Positions 11,213-19,860 of a stretch of DNA of 49,127 nucleotides are shown here, piece after piece; position 1 is the stretch's first letter; every line of letters begins with the position of its first letter. Where the stretch lies: the NCBI GenBank assembly GCA_046076065.1, contig JBJTRH010000254.1, positions 1 through 49,127 of the forward strand. Direction: 5' to 3'. The notes under the pieces were generated by a model. It was not told where the DNA came from and made no database searches. It worked only from the letters and a program-made list of their open reading frames with translations. Both the position numbers and the translations under genes were made by a program. The stretch comes from Planctomycetaceae bacterium. GTDB lineage: Bacteria; Planctomycetota; Planctomycetia; Pirellulales; UBA1268.

Positions 11213-12199
11213 ATGAACACGCGATCCTTCGGACGGACGGGCTGGCGGGTGTCGGAGGTCGGCTTCGGCGCCTGGGGAATCGGCGGCGGGGCCTGGGGCG
11301 GGGCCGACGACGCCGAGTCGATGGCGGCGCTCCATGCGGCCGTCGACGCCGGCATCACCTTCTTCGACACGGCCGACGTCTACGGCGACGGCCGCTCCGA
11401 GCGGCTCATCGGCCAGCTCCGCCGCGAGCGGTCGGAGCCGTTCGTCGTGGCCACGAAGGCCGGCCGCCGGCTCTCGCCCCACGTCGCCTCCGGCTACACG
11501 GCCGAGAACCTCACGGCCTTCGTCGACCGCAGCCTCGCGAACCTCGGCGTCGAGCGGCTCGACCTCGTGCAGCTCCACTGCCCGCCCACGGAGGTCTACT
11601 ACCGGCCGGAGGTGTTCGCCGCGCTCGACGATCTCGTGACGGCCGGCAAGATCGCGTTCTATGGCGTGAGCGTGGAGAAGGTGGAGGAGGCGCTCAAGGC
11701 GATCGAATATCCGAACGTGCAGAGCGTGCAGATCATCTTCAACGCGTTTCGCCTCCGGCCCACGGAACTCTTCTTCGAGCAGGCCCAGCGGCGGCGGGTG
11801 GCGGTGATCGCCCGCGTGCCGCTCGCCAGCGGCCTGCTCTCCGGACGCCTCGCCCGCGACACGGTGTTTCCCGACGACGACCACCGCACCTTCAATCGCG
11901 ACGGCGCCGCCTTCGACAAGGGGGAGACCTTCTCGGGCGTGCCGTACGAGACCGCCCTCGACGCGGTCGAGCGGCTCCGGCCGTTCGTGCCCGAGGGCAT
12001 CACGCTCGCCCAGTTCGCCCTCCGCTGGATCCTCGCCTTCGAGGCTGTGACCTGCGTGATCCCCGGGGCCCGCGGCGCCCCCCGCGTGATCGAGAACGCG
12101 CGGTCCGCCGACCTGCCCCCGCCGTCGCCGCAGACGATGGAGGCGGTGCAGCAGGTCTACGATTCGCTCGTCCGCCCGCTCGTGCACCACCGGTGGTAG
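11213..12199 (+). CDS. Aldo/keto reductase
   Basis: MNTRSFGRTGWRVSEVGFGAWGIGG..FFDTADVYGDGRSERLIG..LDLVQLH matches classic AKR motifs. The upstream part of the 10466 ORF is Arg/Ser-rich nonsense. Confidence 0.9.
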   Translation: MNTRSFGRTGWRVSEVGFGAWGIGGGAWGGADDAESMAALHAAVDAGITFFDTADVYGDGRSERLIGQLRRERSEPFVVATKAGRRLSPHVASGYTAENLTAFVDRSLANLGVERLDLVQLHCPPTEVYYRPEVFAALDDLVTAGKIAFYGVSVEKVEEALKAIEYPNVQSVQIIFNAFRLRPTELFFEQAQRRRVAVIARVPLASGLLSGRLARDTVFPDDDHRTFNRDGAAFDKGETFSGVPYETALDAVERLRPFVPEGITLAQFALRWILAFEAVTCVIPGARGAPRVIENARSADLPPPSPQTMEAVQQVYDSLVRPLVHHRW

Positions 12200-12201
12200 C
12201 G

Positions 12202-13491
12202 ATGCCCGCACCTGGCAGCGGCGCGCCGTCCGCGCCACCGCCCGCCGACGTGCTCGTCGTGGGTGCCGGGGCCGCCGGGCTGTTCGCCGCCACCTGGGCG
12301 GGCCGCGCCGCGAGGGCTGCCGGTCGTCCGCTCTCGATCGTGGCGGTGGACGGAGCGAAGAAGCTCGGCGCGAAGATCCTGGTGGCCGGCGGCGGTCGCT
12401 GCAATGTCACGCACCACGCCGTCAGCGAGGACGACTACGCCGGCGGCACGCCCCCAGCGATCCGCAAGGTGCTCGGGCGGTTCACGGTGGCCGACACCGT
12501 GCGGTTCTTCGCCGCGGCGGGGGTGGAGTTCTACCGCGAGGCCGACACTGGCAAACTGTTTCCGGTGACCGACTCGTCGCGGACGGTGCTGGACGCGCTC
12601 GTGCGCGAGGCCGCCGCGGCCGGCGTGCGGCTCATGCATCCCGCCCGGGTGACGCGGCTCGACCGCGCGGCGGACGGGTTCGTCGCCGCGACGTCCGCCG
12701 GCGACGTTCACGCCCGCCGCGTGATCCTCTGCACGGGAGGTCGGTCGCTGCCGAAGAGCGGGTCCGATGGCGGCGGCTTCGAACTCGCCCGCATGCTCGG
12801 CCATTCGCTCACCGACCCGATCGTGCCGGCGCTCGTGCCGCTGACCCTGCCCGCCAGCCACTGGATCACGGCGCTCTCGGGGCTCGCGCTTCCCGCCACG
12901 CTGACGCTCAAAAGCGGCGCGGGGAAGCGGCTGCACGAGACCACGGGCGCCACGCTCTGCACGCACGTCGGCCTCTCGGGGCCCGCCGTGCTCGACATCA
13001 GCCGGCACTGGCTGGTCGCCCGCTCCACCGATCCCGCGGCGATGCTCGCCATCAACTGGCTTCCCGGCGAGACGGCCGAGTCGCTCGACCGGCTGCTCGT
13101 CACGGAGCAGGCCCGCGGCGCCGTCGCCGTGCTTCGCGAGCGGCTCACCGAACGCCTCGCCCGGAGCCTCTGCGACGCGGCCGCCGCGCCGCACGCGGGC
13201 GACCTGACCCGCACGGCGCGGAGGTCGCTCGCGGCGGCCGTCACGGCCACGCCGCTGCCGATCGCAGGCGACCGCGGATTCACGGTCGCGGAGGCGACGG
13301 CGGGGGGCGTGCCGCTGGCCGAGGTCCGCCTCGAGACGCTGGAGAGCCGCATCTGCCCGGGGCTGCACTTCGCCGGCGAGGTGCTCGACGTGGACGGCCG
13401 GATCGGCGGCTTCAACTTTCAGTGGGCGTGGGCGAGCGGCTTCGTCGCGGGCACCGCCGCAGCCCGCGCCGGCGGCGATGCCGCCGAGTAG
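12202..13491 (+). CDS. HI0933/BaiN-like NAD(P)/FAD-dependent oxidoreductase
   Basis: VLVVGAGAAGLFAA GxGxxG motif, GGGRCNVTH, and C-terminal GGFNFQWAWASG, all typical of the HI0933-like family. The ATG is 2 nt after the AKR stop. Confidence 0.85.
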   Translation: MPAPGSGAPSAPPPADVLVVGAGAAGLFAATWAGRAARAAGRPLSIVAVDGAKKLGAKILVAGGGRCNVTHHAVSEDDYAGGTPPAIRKVLGRFTVADTVRFFAAAGVEFYREADTGKLFPVTDSSRTVLDALVREAAAAGVRLMHPARVTRLDRAADGFVAATSAGDVHARRVILCTGGRSLPKSGSDGGGFELARMLGHSLTDPIVPALVPLTLPASHWITALSGLALPATLTLKSGAGKRLHETTGATLCTHVGLSGPAVLDISRHWLVARSTDPAAMLAINWLPGETAESLDRLLVTEQARGAVAVLRERLTERLARSLCDAAAAPHAGDLTRTARRSLAAAVTATPLPIAGDRGFTVAEATAGGVPLAEVRLETLESRICPGLHFAGEVLDVDGRIGGFNFQWAWASGFVAGTAAARAGGDAAE

Positions 13492-14642
13492 GCGATGACC
13501 TCGTAGCGATGCTCGCCCTCCGTGAGGTCGATTCGCGTGGGCTCTCCGGCCTGCAGGCCGACCGATTCCACCGCGGCCCGAACGTCCTCGAAGCCCACTT
13601 CGTCGGGCGTGGCCCTGCCGAGCGGGAAGCGGAGCGGCTCGCGGCGAACCGTGGTCGCCAGCCGTTCGGCCAGGGACGGGCGCGGCGCGGACGACCGCAG
13701 CACCACCGATCGCGCTCCCCATGGATGCCAGCGATTCGGGTCGGTCGGCCCCACGATGACCACCGCCGGCACGCCCAGCGACGCGGCCAAGTGGACCATG
13801 CCGGTGTCGACCCCCACGCAGAGCCGCATCTCCGCCATCAGCGCCGCGGCATCGGCCAGCAGCACGTCGGTCGAGAAATCGTGCACGTGGGCCGCGAGCG
13901 ACGGCGGGCAGGAGCGGAGCAGTTCGGCGTGCGCCTTGCGGTCGCCGGGTCCGCCGCAGAGCACGGCCTCGCAGCCGCGGTCGTCGACGAGCCAGCGAAG
14001 CAGGCTTCGCCAGCGGTCGAGCGGCCAGAGCTTGAGCGGGTCGGTCGAGCGCACGGCGAGGAACACGCGGGGGCGGCCCGCGGGCAGGCCGGCCAGCAGC
14101 GGCGCGACCCGTGTGTGGGCCTCCGGCGGCACCCAGTTCTCGTTGTGGCCGTCGTCGACGGGCAGTCCCTCTCCGCGGAGCAGATCGAGATAGGTTTCCA
14201 CCTGGTGGCGGCCGACCCGTCGGCGAATGGCGGTGGTGAGCAGCGGGCTGCTCTCGCCGCGAAATCCCACCCGCCGTGGAATGCCTGCGAGCGTCGCCAG
14301 GGCGGCGGCGGAGAACGAGGGCTTGAGGAGGTAGGCCTTGGTGTAGCGTCGGCTGCGGAGCCAGGCCGCCTCGGCTGCCAGTCCGGTCGCGGTGGCGACG
14401 AGTCCGCCACGCCGCTCCCGGGGCGGTCGCGTCCACGCGATGCGGTCGTCGACGTAGGGACACGCCGCGAGCATCGCCCGCGGCCCGGGCGGCCCGCACA
14501 CGTCGATCGCGGCGGCGGGGTGCGCGCGGCGGAGGTTGCGGAGGAAGGGGATCGCCAGCAGCGTGTCGCCGAGATACTGCGTGCAGACCACCAGGATCCG
14601 CTCGGATTCCGGCGCGGCGGCGGGGACGGTCGAGGGGTTCAT
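13419..14642 (-). CDS. Glycosyltransferase family 9 (LPS heptosyltransferase-like)
   Basis: ILVVCTQYLGDTLLAIPFLRNLR near the N-terminus and GVDTGMVHLAASLGVPAVVIVGPTDP near the C-terminus are GT9 hallmarks. ATG at 14642-14640 overlaps the bamA stop (ATGA). Confidence 0.85.
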   Translation of the reverse strand: MNPSTVPAAAPESERILVVCTQYLGDTLLAIPFLRNLRRAHPAAAIDVCGPPGPRAMLAACPYVDDRIAWTRPPRERRGGLVATATGLAAEAAWLRSRRYTKAYLLKPSFSAAALATLAGIPRRVGFRGESSPLLTTAIRRRVGRHQVETYLDLLRGEGLPVDDGHNENWVPPEAHTRVAPLLAGLPAGRPRVFLAVRSTDPLKLWPLDRWRSLLRWLVDDRGCEAVLCGGPGDRKAHAELLRSCPPSLAAHVHDFSTDVLLADAAALMAEMRLCVGVDTGMVHLAASLGVPAVVIVGPTDPNRWHPWGARSVVLRSSAPRPSLAERLATTVRREPLRFPLGRATPDEVGFEDVRAAVESVGLQAGEPTRIDLTEGEHRYEVIAYSAASPPARAAAVPATKPLAHAH

Positions 14643-17600
14643 CGGGCGAAGCCCACGAAGAAGCTGAACAGCTGCTTGCTGTCGTACGGTGCATAGGCCA
14701 CCGGGACGGCGAAGTCGAGCGCGATCGGGGCCGGCCCCATCGCCGGCAGCGTGATCCGCAGGCCCACGCCCGGAGCGACGCGCATGTTGTTGATGGAGAC
14801 GTTCGACTCGACCGTGCCCACGTCCGTGAACACGACGCCACGAAGTGTGTCGTCGGCCGTGATCGGGAACATGTACTCGATCGTGTTGAGCCACTGAAAC
14901 GGACCGCCCACGATCGCCGCCGCCTGGCCCGGCTGCGGCTCCGAGCCGCCGACGGTCTGCCGGGGGCTGGCACCGCGGAACACGAAGCCGCGGATCGTGT
15001 TGTAGCCGCCCGCGAAGAAGTTGTCGTAGGCGGGCGTGTTGTCGCCGGACACGCCGAGGACCGACCCGATCGACAGCACGTGGCGACCGGAGCCGTCGGG
15101 CCGCTCGTTGAGCAGGAAGTACTGCCGGGCCTCGGCGATGCCGCGCGGATAGACGAAGGTGCCGACCACCTGCTCGAACTCGAACGAGGCGAGGTGGCCC
15201 TGCGTGGGGAGGAAGGGGCTGTCGCGGGTGTCGTGGATCAGGCCCGCGCTGAAGCCGTAGACCCCGTTGGTGCCCAGCATGTTCTCGATGTCGGGCGTCA
15301 GCAGTCGCGGGTTGAACACGTCGACGCTCTCGCCGCGGAAGCCGGCGTTGACCGAGAGGTCGGGCGCGAACTGGAACTGGTAGCCGAGGCCGATCCGGCC
15401 GCCGGTGCGGGCCTCGGCCCAGTCGTAGAAGTAGCGGGTGAAGTACGACGCCGAGAGCGACAGGCCGATCCGCGTGTCGAAGAGGTACGGCTCCTGGAAC
15501 GTGGCCATGTACCGCTGGAGCTGCGTGCCTGGTGCGGCCTCGAGGCGAAACCGCTGCCCGGCTCCGCGGAAGGCGGTGCCGTTCTTGATGTCGTCCCAGC
15601 TCCGCGGCAGGCGGAGGATGTCGAAGTTCTGCTCGTCGACCACGATGTTGCCGACGAGACCCGCGTTGGAGTTGACGCCGGCCCCGATCATCAGGCGGCC
15701 CGTCTGCGTTTCCTCGGCGTCGACGTCGACGATCACATAGGGCTCGTTGCCGGGAAACACCTGGGACGGATCGGCGGTGAAGTCGGGCAGGACGCCCGGC
15801 TGCTGGAAGGCGGGGGGCTGATTGGGATCGGCCTGGGCCACCGGCGTGGCGCCGAACGGCATGCCCCCGCCGAGGGCCGGCTGGAGCGGCGGCATCTGCC
15901 CCGGCGCGAGCTGCTGCTGGGCCGTGTAGACCTGCGATGGCGGTGCGACCGCCCGCGAGTAGTCGATCGCGGTGGGGGCCGCCGGGAGGAGCGCCGCGCC
16001 GCCCCATGGCGACCCGGGCTGCGGCACGCCCGGCTGCGGCGCTGCGGGCCATCCAGGCATGGGCTGCTGGACGACGGGCACCTGAAAGGCTCCCTGCGGC
16101 TGACCGATCGGCTGGCCGACGAACGGCTGCTGGGCCGCGGGCGGATAGGCGGGGCTCTGGCCGCGCCACACCGGGCGGTCGGCCACCGTCGCCGGTCGCG
16201 GCGGGGCCCCGGCGGGGCCCGGCGTCGGGGTCGGCGTCGGGGTCGGCTCGTGCACGACCTGTTCGTCGGCGTCGTTCCATTCCGCATCGAGCACGAGGTC
16301 GAGCACGGCGTCGGCGTCGCCATCCGGGCTCTGCCCACGGAAGCCCGGCGGCCGCGCCGGCTCGGGCTCGCGGGCGACCCGCGTGTCCTCGGGATCCGGC
16401 TTCGAGAACACGATCTTCGGCCCCTCGCCCTTGGAGGCATCGGCGAGGAACAGGCTGCTCGACTTCAGCCGCCGCTCGTCGTCGCGGAGCTTGCGGATGT
16501 CGAGGATGTCGCCGGGGCGGAGCGACAGACGGTTGAGGACGGTGCTGTGCCGCGTGTGCGGATTCTCGCCGCGGATCCGCACGTTGATCTTGCCCACGCG
16601 GTACCGCTGGCCTTCGGCGACGTTGTAGACCAGGTCGAGTTGGCCGGGCTCCTCGAGAAACCGGGGATCGGCGCGGATGTCGGCGAACACGAAGCCGCGC
16701 CCGCCGTAGATGTCGCGGATCAGGTTGAGGTCCTTGTCCATCTTCGACTGGTTGAAGTGCTCGCCCCCCTTGAGCTCCAGGTCGCGCTCGAGGAACTCCG
16801 TCTTGAACTTGCTGTTGCCCATGAACGACACGTTGCGGACCGTGTAGCGGGGGCCCTCGTTGATCACGAACGTGATGTGCGTCCAGTCGCGGCCCCCTTC
16901 GTGCACCACCTCCACCTCGCGGCCGACCTTGGCCTGGAAGAAGCCGAGGCTCCGGTAGTAGGTCGTGAGCGTCTCGACGTCCTGGTCGATCACGCTGCGA
17001 TCGACGTTGCCGCCGAACATCCAGAGGATGCCCGGCTTGGTCTTGATCTGGGTGAGCAGCCGGGCATCGTTGGCGATCGTGTTGCCCACGAAGCTGGTCC
17101 ACAGCGCCTTGCGGTTCCGCCCCTCGTCGACCAGGAACACCGCCCCCTTGTCGCCCGGCTTGTCCCCCTCGACCGTCGTGACCCGCGCGCCCTCGAAGCC
17201 CTTCTCGTGGTAGTGCGACTCGATCCGCCGCCGGGCTTCCTCGACCACGTACGGGTCCATGGCATCGCCCACGTCGATCTCCGCCTTCTTGCGGAGTGTG
17301 CGGGTGGTCACCCGCTCGTTGCCGACGTACTTCACGTAGCGGAGCATGGGCCGCTCGACCACCTGGAACACGACCACGATGCCCTCGGCGACGCGCACGT
17401 ACTTCGGATGGACGTCGACGAACTTCCGGGAGCGGTGCAGCGTGCGGACATCCTCCTCGATCGCCTGCGCGTCGAAGATCTGGCCGGCCCGGGTGACGAG
17501 CTTGGGCAGCTTCGAAACCTCGGTGGCGTGGTTGCCCTCGATCCGGACCTCGACGATCACGTCACCCTGCGGGGCGGCCGAGGCCGGCTGATCGGCCACC

Positions 17601-17719
17601 GGCGGCAGCGGCAGCGGCTCCGGCTGCTGGGCCACGGCGAGCATGCCGCGGAGCAGGATCGCGGCCGTGGCGAGGCCACGCGCGGCAGCACGGCCGAAGG
17701 ATGGTAGGGCGATGGTCAT
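14639..17719 (-). CDS. bamA: Outer membrane protein assembly factor BamA (Omp85) with a long Pro/Gln-rich insert between the POTRA region and the barrel
   Basis: Signal peptide MTIALPSFGRAAARGLATAAILLRGMLAVAQ. Repeated POTRA-like units (VIVEVRIEGN.., LRYVKYVGNE.., VRNVSFMGNS.., GKINVRIRGE..). C-terminal barrel with GGYNTIRGF and terminal FSFFVGFAR. ATG at 17719-17717. Confidence 0.9.
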   Translation of the reverse strand: MTIALPSFGRAAARGLATAAILLRGMLAVAQQPEPLPLPPVADQPASAAPQGDVIVEVRIEGNHATEVSKLPKLVTRAGQIFDAQAIEEDVRTLHRSRKFVDVHPKYVRVAEGIVVVFQVVERPMLRYVKYVGNERVTTRTLRKKAEIDVGDAMDPYVVEEARRRIESHYHEKGFEGARVTTVEGDKPGDKGAVFLVDEGRNRKALWTSFVGNTIANDARLLTQIKTKPGILWMFGGNVDRSVIDQDVETLTTYYRSLGFFQAKVGREVEVVHEGGRDWTHITFVINEGPRYTVRNVSFMGNSKFKTEFLERDLELKGGEHFNQSKMDKDLNLIRDIYGGRGFVFADIRADPRFLEEPGQLDLVYNVAEGQRYRVGKINVRIRGENPHTRHSTVLNRLSLRPGDILDIRKLRDDERRLKSSSLFLADASKGEGPKIVFSKPDPEDTRVAREPEPARPPGFRGQSPDGDADAVLDLVLDAEWNDADEQVVHEPTPTPTPTPGPAGAPPRPATVADRPVWRGQSPAYPPAAQQPFVGQPIGQPQGAFQVPVVQQPMPGWPAAPQPGVPQPGSPWGGAALLPAAPTAIDYSRAVAPPSQVYTAQQQLAPGQMPPLQPALGGGMPFGATPVAQADPNQPPAFQQPGVLPDFTADPSQVFPGNEPYVIVDVDAEETQTGRLMIGAGVNSNAGLVGNIVVDEQNFDILRLPRSWDDIKNGTAFRGAGQRFRLEAAPGTQLQRYMATFQEPYLFDTRIGLSLSASYFTRYFYDWAEARTGGRIGLGYQFQFAPDLSVNAGFRGESVDVFNPRLLTPDIENMLGTNGVYGFSAGLIHDTRDSPFLPTQGHLASFEFEQVVGTFVYPRGIAEARQYFLLNERPDGSGRHVLSIGSVLGVSGDNTPAYDNFFAGGYNTIRGFVFRGASPRQTVGGSEPQPGQAAAIVGGPFQWLNTIEYMFPITADDTLRGVVFTDVGTVESNVSINNMRVAPGVGLRITLPAMGPAPIALDFAVPVAYAPYDSKQLFSFFVGFAR
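16220..16246. repeat. Tandem 12-nt repeat (GGCGTCGGGGTC x2 plus a partial copy) inside the bamA linker
   Basis: Read directly from the sequence. It encodes the TPTPTPTP stretch on the minus strand. Confidence 0.7.
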
Positions 17720-18019
17720 CGGGCGGGCCGATTCCGGGGGGCGGCGTCGGAAGCCGCGGAGGAATACTTGAGCCCCGCCGGACGCCACAAGGTGAAAACT
17801 GTCCGCCGCAATCGCCGGGCCATCCGCTGCGTCGCCGGGGGGTGTCGGAGTCGCGAAAACGAGGGGCCAGTGGCGGAAAACCCCGCCTCTTGCCCAGCCG
17901 TCGATGCTTGACTCCCCTACGCCGAGAGCGGTAGTTTTCCCGTGATATCAGTGCCGCGCGGCCGGTTGTCGGGACATCGGCGGCCTCGGTCGTCGGCTGT
18001 CAGGCCCTCCGGCCACATC

Positions 18020-19159
18020 ATGCCGCCGACGGTCATCGATCTGCGTCGCACCGAGGATCCCCGCGACGTCGTGCATCGCGCGGTGCAGGCCCTCGCCGAG
18101 GGACGGTGTGTCGCGTTTCCGACCGACACCGACTACGTGGTCGCCGCGAGCGGCCGCTGCGATGCCGCGGTGGCCGACCTCGCGCGGCTCGCCGCCCCGC
18201 GGGCCGACGAGCCCCTGCTGTCGCTCGCGCTCAAGAGCCATGCCGAGGCCCTCGACTGGGCGCCGCGGTTCACGCCGCTGGGCCAGCGGCTGGCGAGACG
18301 GTGCTGGCCGGGGCCGGTGACGATGCTCGTGCCCGACGACCACCGCGACAGCCTCGTGCACCGCCTCGCCGCGCCGACGCGGGCCGCGGCGGTGGCCGCA
18401 GGCCGGCTGCGGCTCAGGATCCCCGGCCACGCGTTCCTCGTGGACTGCATGCGGATGCTTCCCGGGCCGGTGCTGCTCGCCGAAGTCGGCGGCGCCGGCG
18501 ACGCCCCGGTGGTCGAGGCGGCGGGGGTGATCGACCGGGGCACCAGCGCGGTGTCGCTGGTGATCGACGACGGCCGCACGCGATACGGGCAGCCCGCGAC
18601 CACGATCGAACTCGAAAGCGGCTCGTTTCGCATGATCCGGCCGGGCGTCGTCGCTGAGGAGACCCTCCGCCGGCTCTCGAGCCTGATGGTGCTCTTCGTG
18701 TGCACGGGCAACACCTGCCGCAGTCCGATGGCCGAGGCGCTCTTCCGGGTGCTGGCGGCCGAGCGGCTGGGGTGCCGTCCCGAGCAGATCGAGCGGCACG
18801 GCGTGGTGGTGGCCAGCGCCGGCCTGGCAGCCTGGGGTGGCGGCCCGGCGAGCGCGCATGCGGTGGAGGTGATGCGGGAACGGGGGGCCGAGCTCGCCGG
18901 CCACGAGAGCCAGCCACTGACGGAGTCGTTGGTGGCCGAGGCCGACGTGATCCTCACCATGACCGCCGCGCATCGGGCGGCGATTCTTGCGCAGTTTCCC
19001 GAGGCAGGCGGCCGCGTCTCCCTGCTCGCGACCGACCGCCGGGACGTGGTCGATCCGGTCGGTGGCTCCCTCGAGACCTACCGGACGTGCGCCGACCAGA
19101 TTCGTGGGCACCTGGAGGCCAGAATCGCTACACTCGGTGTCGAACCGACGGGGCGGTGA
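18020..19159 (+). CDS. Fusion protein: divergent Sua5/YciO/YrdC (TsaC-like) domain plus a YwlE-like low-molecular-weight protein phosphatase domain
   Basis: The N-terminal half has a YrdC-like layout (VAFPTDTDYVVAAS, RLRIPGHAFLVDCMRMLPGPVLL). The C-terminal half has the P-loop VLFVCTGNTCRSPMAEALF (18701-18724 encodes CTGNTCRS) and DVVDPVGGS. ATG at 18020. Confidence 0.8.
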   Translation: MPPTVIDLRRTEDPRDVVHRAVQALAEGRCVAFPTDTDYVVAASGRCDAAVADLARLAAPRADEPLLSLALKSHAEALDWAPRFTPLGQRLARRCWPGPVTMLVPDDHRDSLVHRLAAPTRAAAVAAGRLRLRIPGHAFLVDCMRMLPGPVLLAEVGGAGDAPVVEAAGVIDRGTSAVSLVIDDGRTRYGQPATTIELESGSFRMIRPGVVAEETLRRLSSLMVLFVCTGNTCRSPMAEALFRVLAAERLGCRPEQIERHGVVVASAGLAAWGGGPASAHAVEVMRERGAELAGHESQPLTESLVAEADVILTMTAAHRAAILAQFPEAGGRVSLLATDRRDVVDPVGGSLETYRTCADQIRGHLEARIATLGVEPTGR

Positions 19160-19198
19160 GGTCCGGCGGTCGTGCGGATGCGAGGAGTTTCGGGACCC

Positions 19199-19663
19199 AT
19201 GCGGATAGCAATCGGCAGCGACCATCGGGGCGTGGCGGCGAGGAGGCGGCTGATCGGTCTGCTCGAGCGGCTGGGCAACGAGGTGATCGACTGTGGCTCC
19301 GACGGCGAGCAGGCGGTCGACTATCCCGACATCGCCGCCGACGTGGCCCGACGCGTGAGCGACGGGACGGTCGAGCGGGGCATCCTGCTGTGCTGCACGG
19401 GTGTCGGCATGTCGATCGCAGCCAACAAGCTTCCGGGGGTGCGGGCAGCCACCTGCCACGACGAGGTGACGGCCGAGATGAGCCGGCGCCACAACGACCT
19501 CAACGTCCTCTGCCTGTCGGCGGAGTTGATCGGGCCCGAAGTGCAGGACAAGATCATCCGCACCTGGCTGTCGACGCCGTTCGAGGGGGGGCGTCACGCC
19601 CGCCGGGTCGCCAAGATCGCGGCCCTCGAACCGACGTGCCGCGACGCGACTCCGGGCGGCTGA
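19199..19663 (+). CDS. rpiB: Ribose-5-phosphate isomerase B (RpiB/LacA/LacB family)
   Basis: MRIAIGSDHRG..VIDCG..GILLCCTGVGMSIAANK..RAATCHD are family hallmarks. An in-frame upstream alternative start exists at 19172. Confidence 0.9.
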   Translation: MRIAIGSDHRGVAARRRLIGLLERLGNEVIDCGSDGEQAVDYPDIAADVARRVSDGTVERGILLCCTGVGMSIAANKLPGVRAATCHDEVTAEMSRRHNDLNVLCLSAELIGPEVQDKIIRTWLSTPFEGGRHARRVAKIAALEPTCRDATPGG

Positions 19664-19715
19664 CTCCGGGCCGTCGGGCCCGCCTCTGCCGACGGCGGTG
19701 CCGTGGCAAGACGGG

Positions 19716-19734
19716 CCGTGGCGGCAGGCCACGG
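19716..19734 (+). terminator. GC-rich hairpin downstream of rpiB (CCGTGGC-GGCAG-GCCACGG) with no U-tract
   Basis: Perfect 7-bp stem with a 5-nt loop, about 50 nt after the rpiB stop. An extra CCGTGGC copy lies at 19701-19707. Confidence 0.3.
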
Positions 19735-19860
19735 AGAGTCGTCACGTCGTAGCGGTCGTGCCGGCGAGCGACGGCAAAAACCGTGAAAAAGCCGCGTGGA
19801 TTTCGTTGAAGCGGCTGCGGGCGTTGGTATCGTCGTGAGCATCCGGTCGGAGAAGGACGC

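Noticed and set aside
12157-17707. 938-aa (12157-14973, -), 1227-aa (13419-17102, -; only its C-terminal GT9 part is real) and 875-aa (15080-17707, +) ORFs overlapping the flavoprotein, GT9 and bamA genes.
   Set aside because: Same artefact. Only the frames giving the HI0933-like, GT9 and BamA motifs are credible.
17908-17937. TTGACT - 18 nt - TAGTTT promoter-like hexamers upstream of the TsaC-like fusion gene.
   Set aside because: The -10 match is poor (3 of 6) and the planctomycete promoter consensus is uncertain. It is not reported as a feature.
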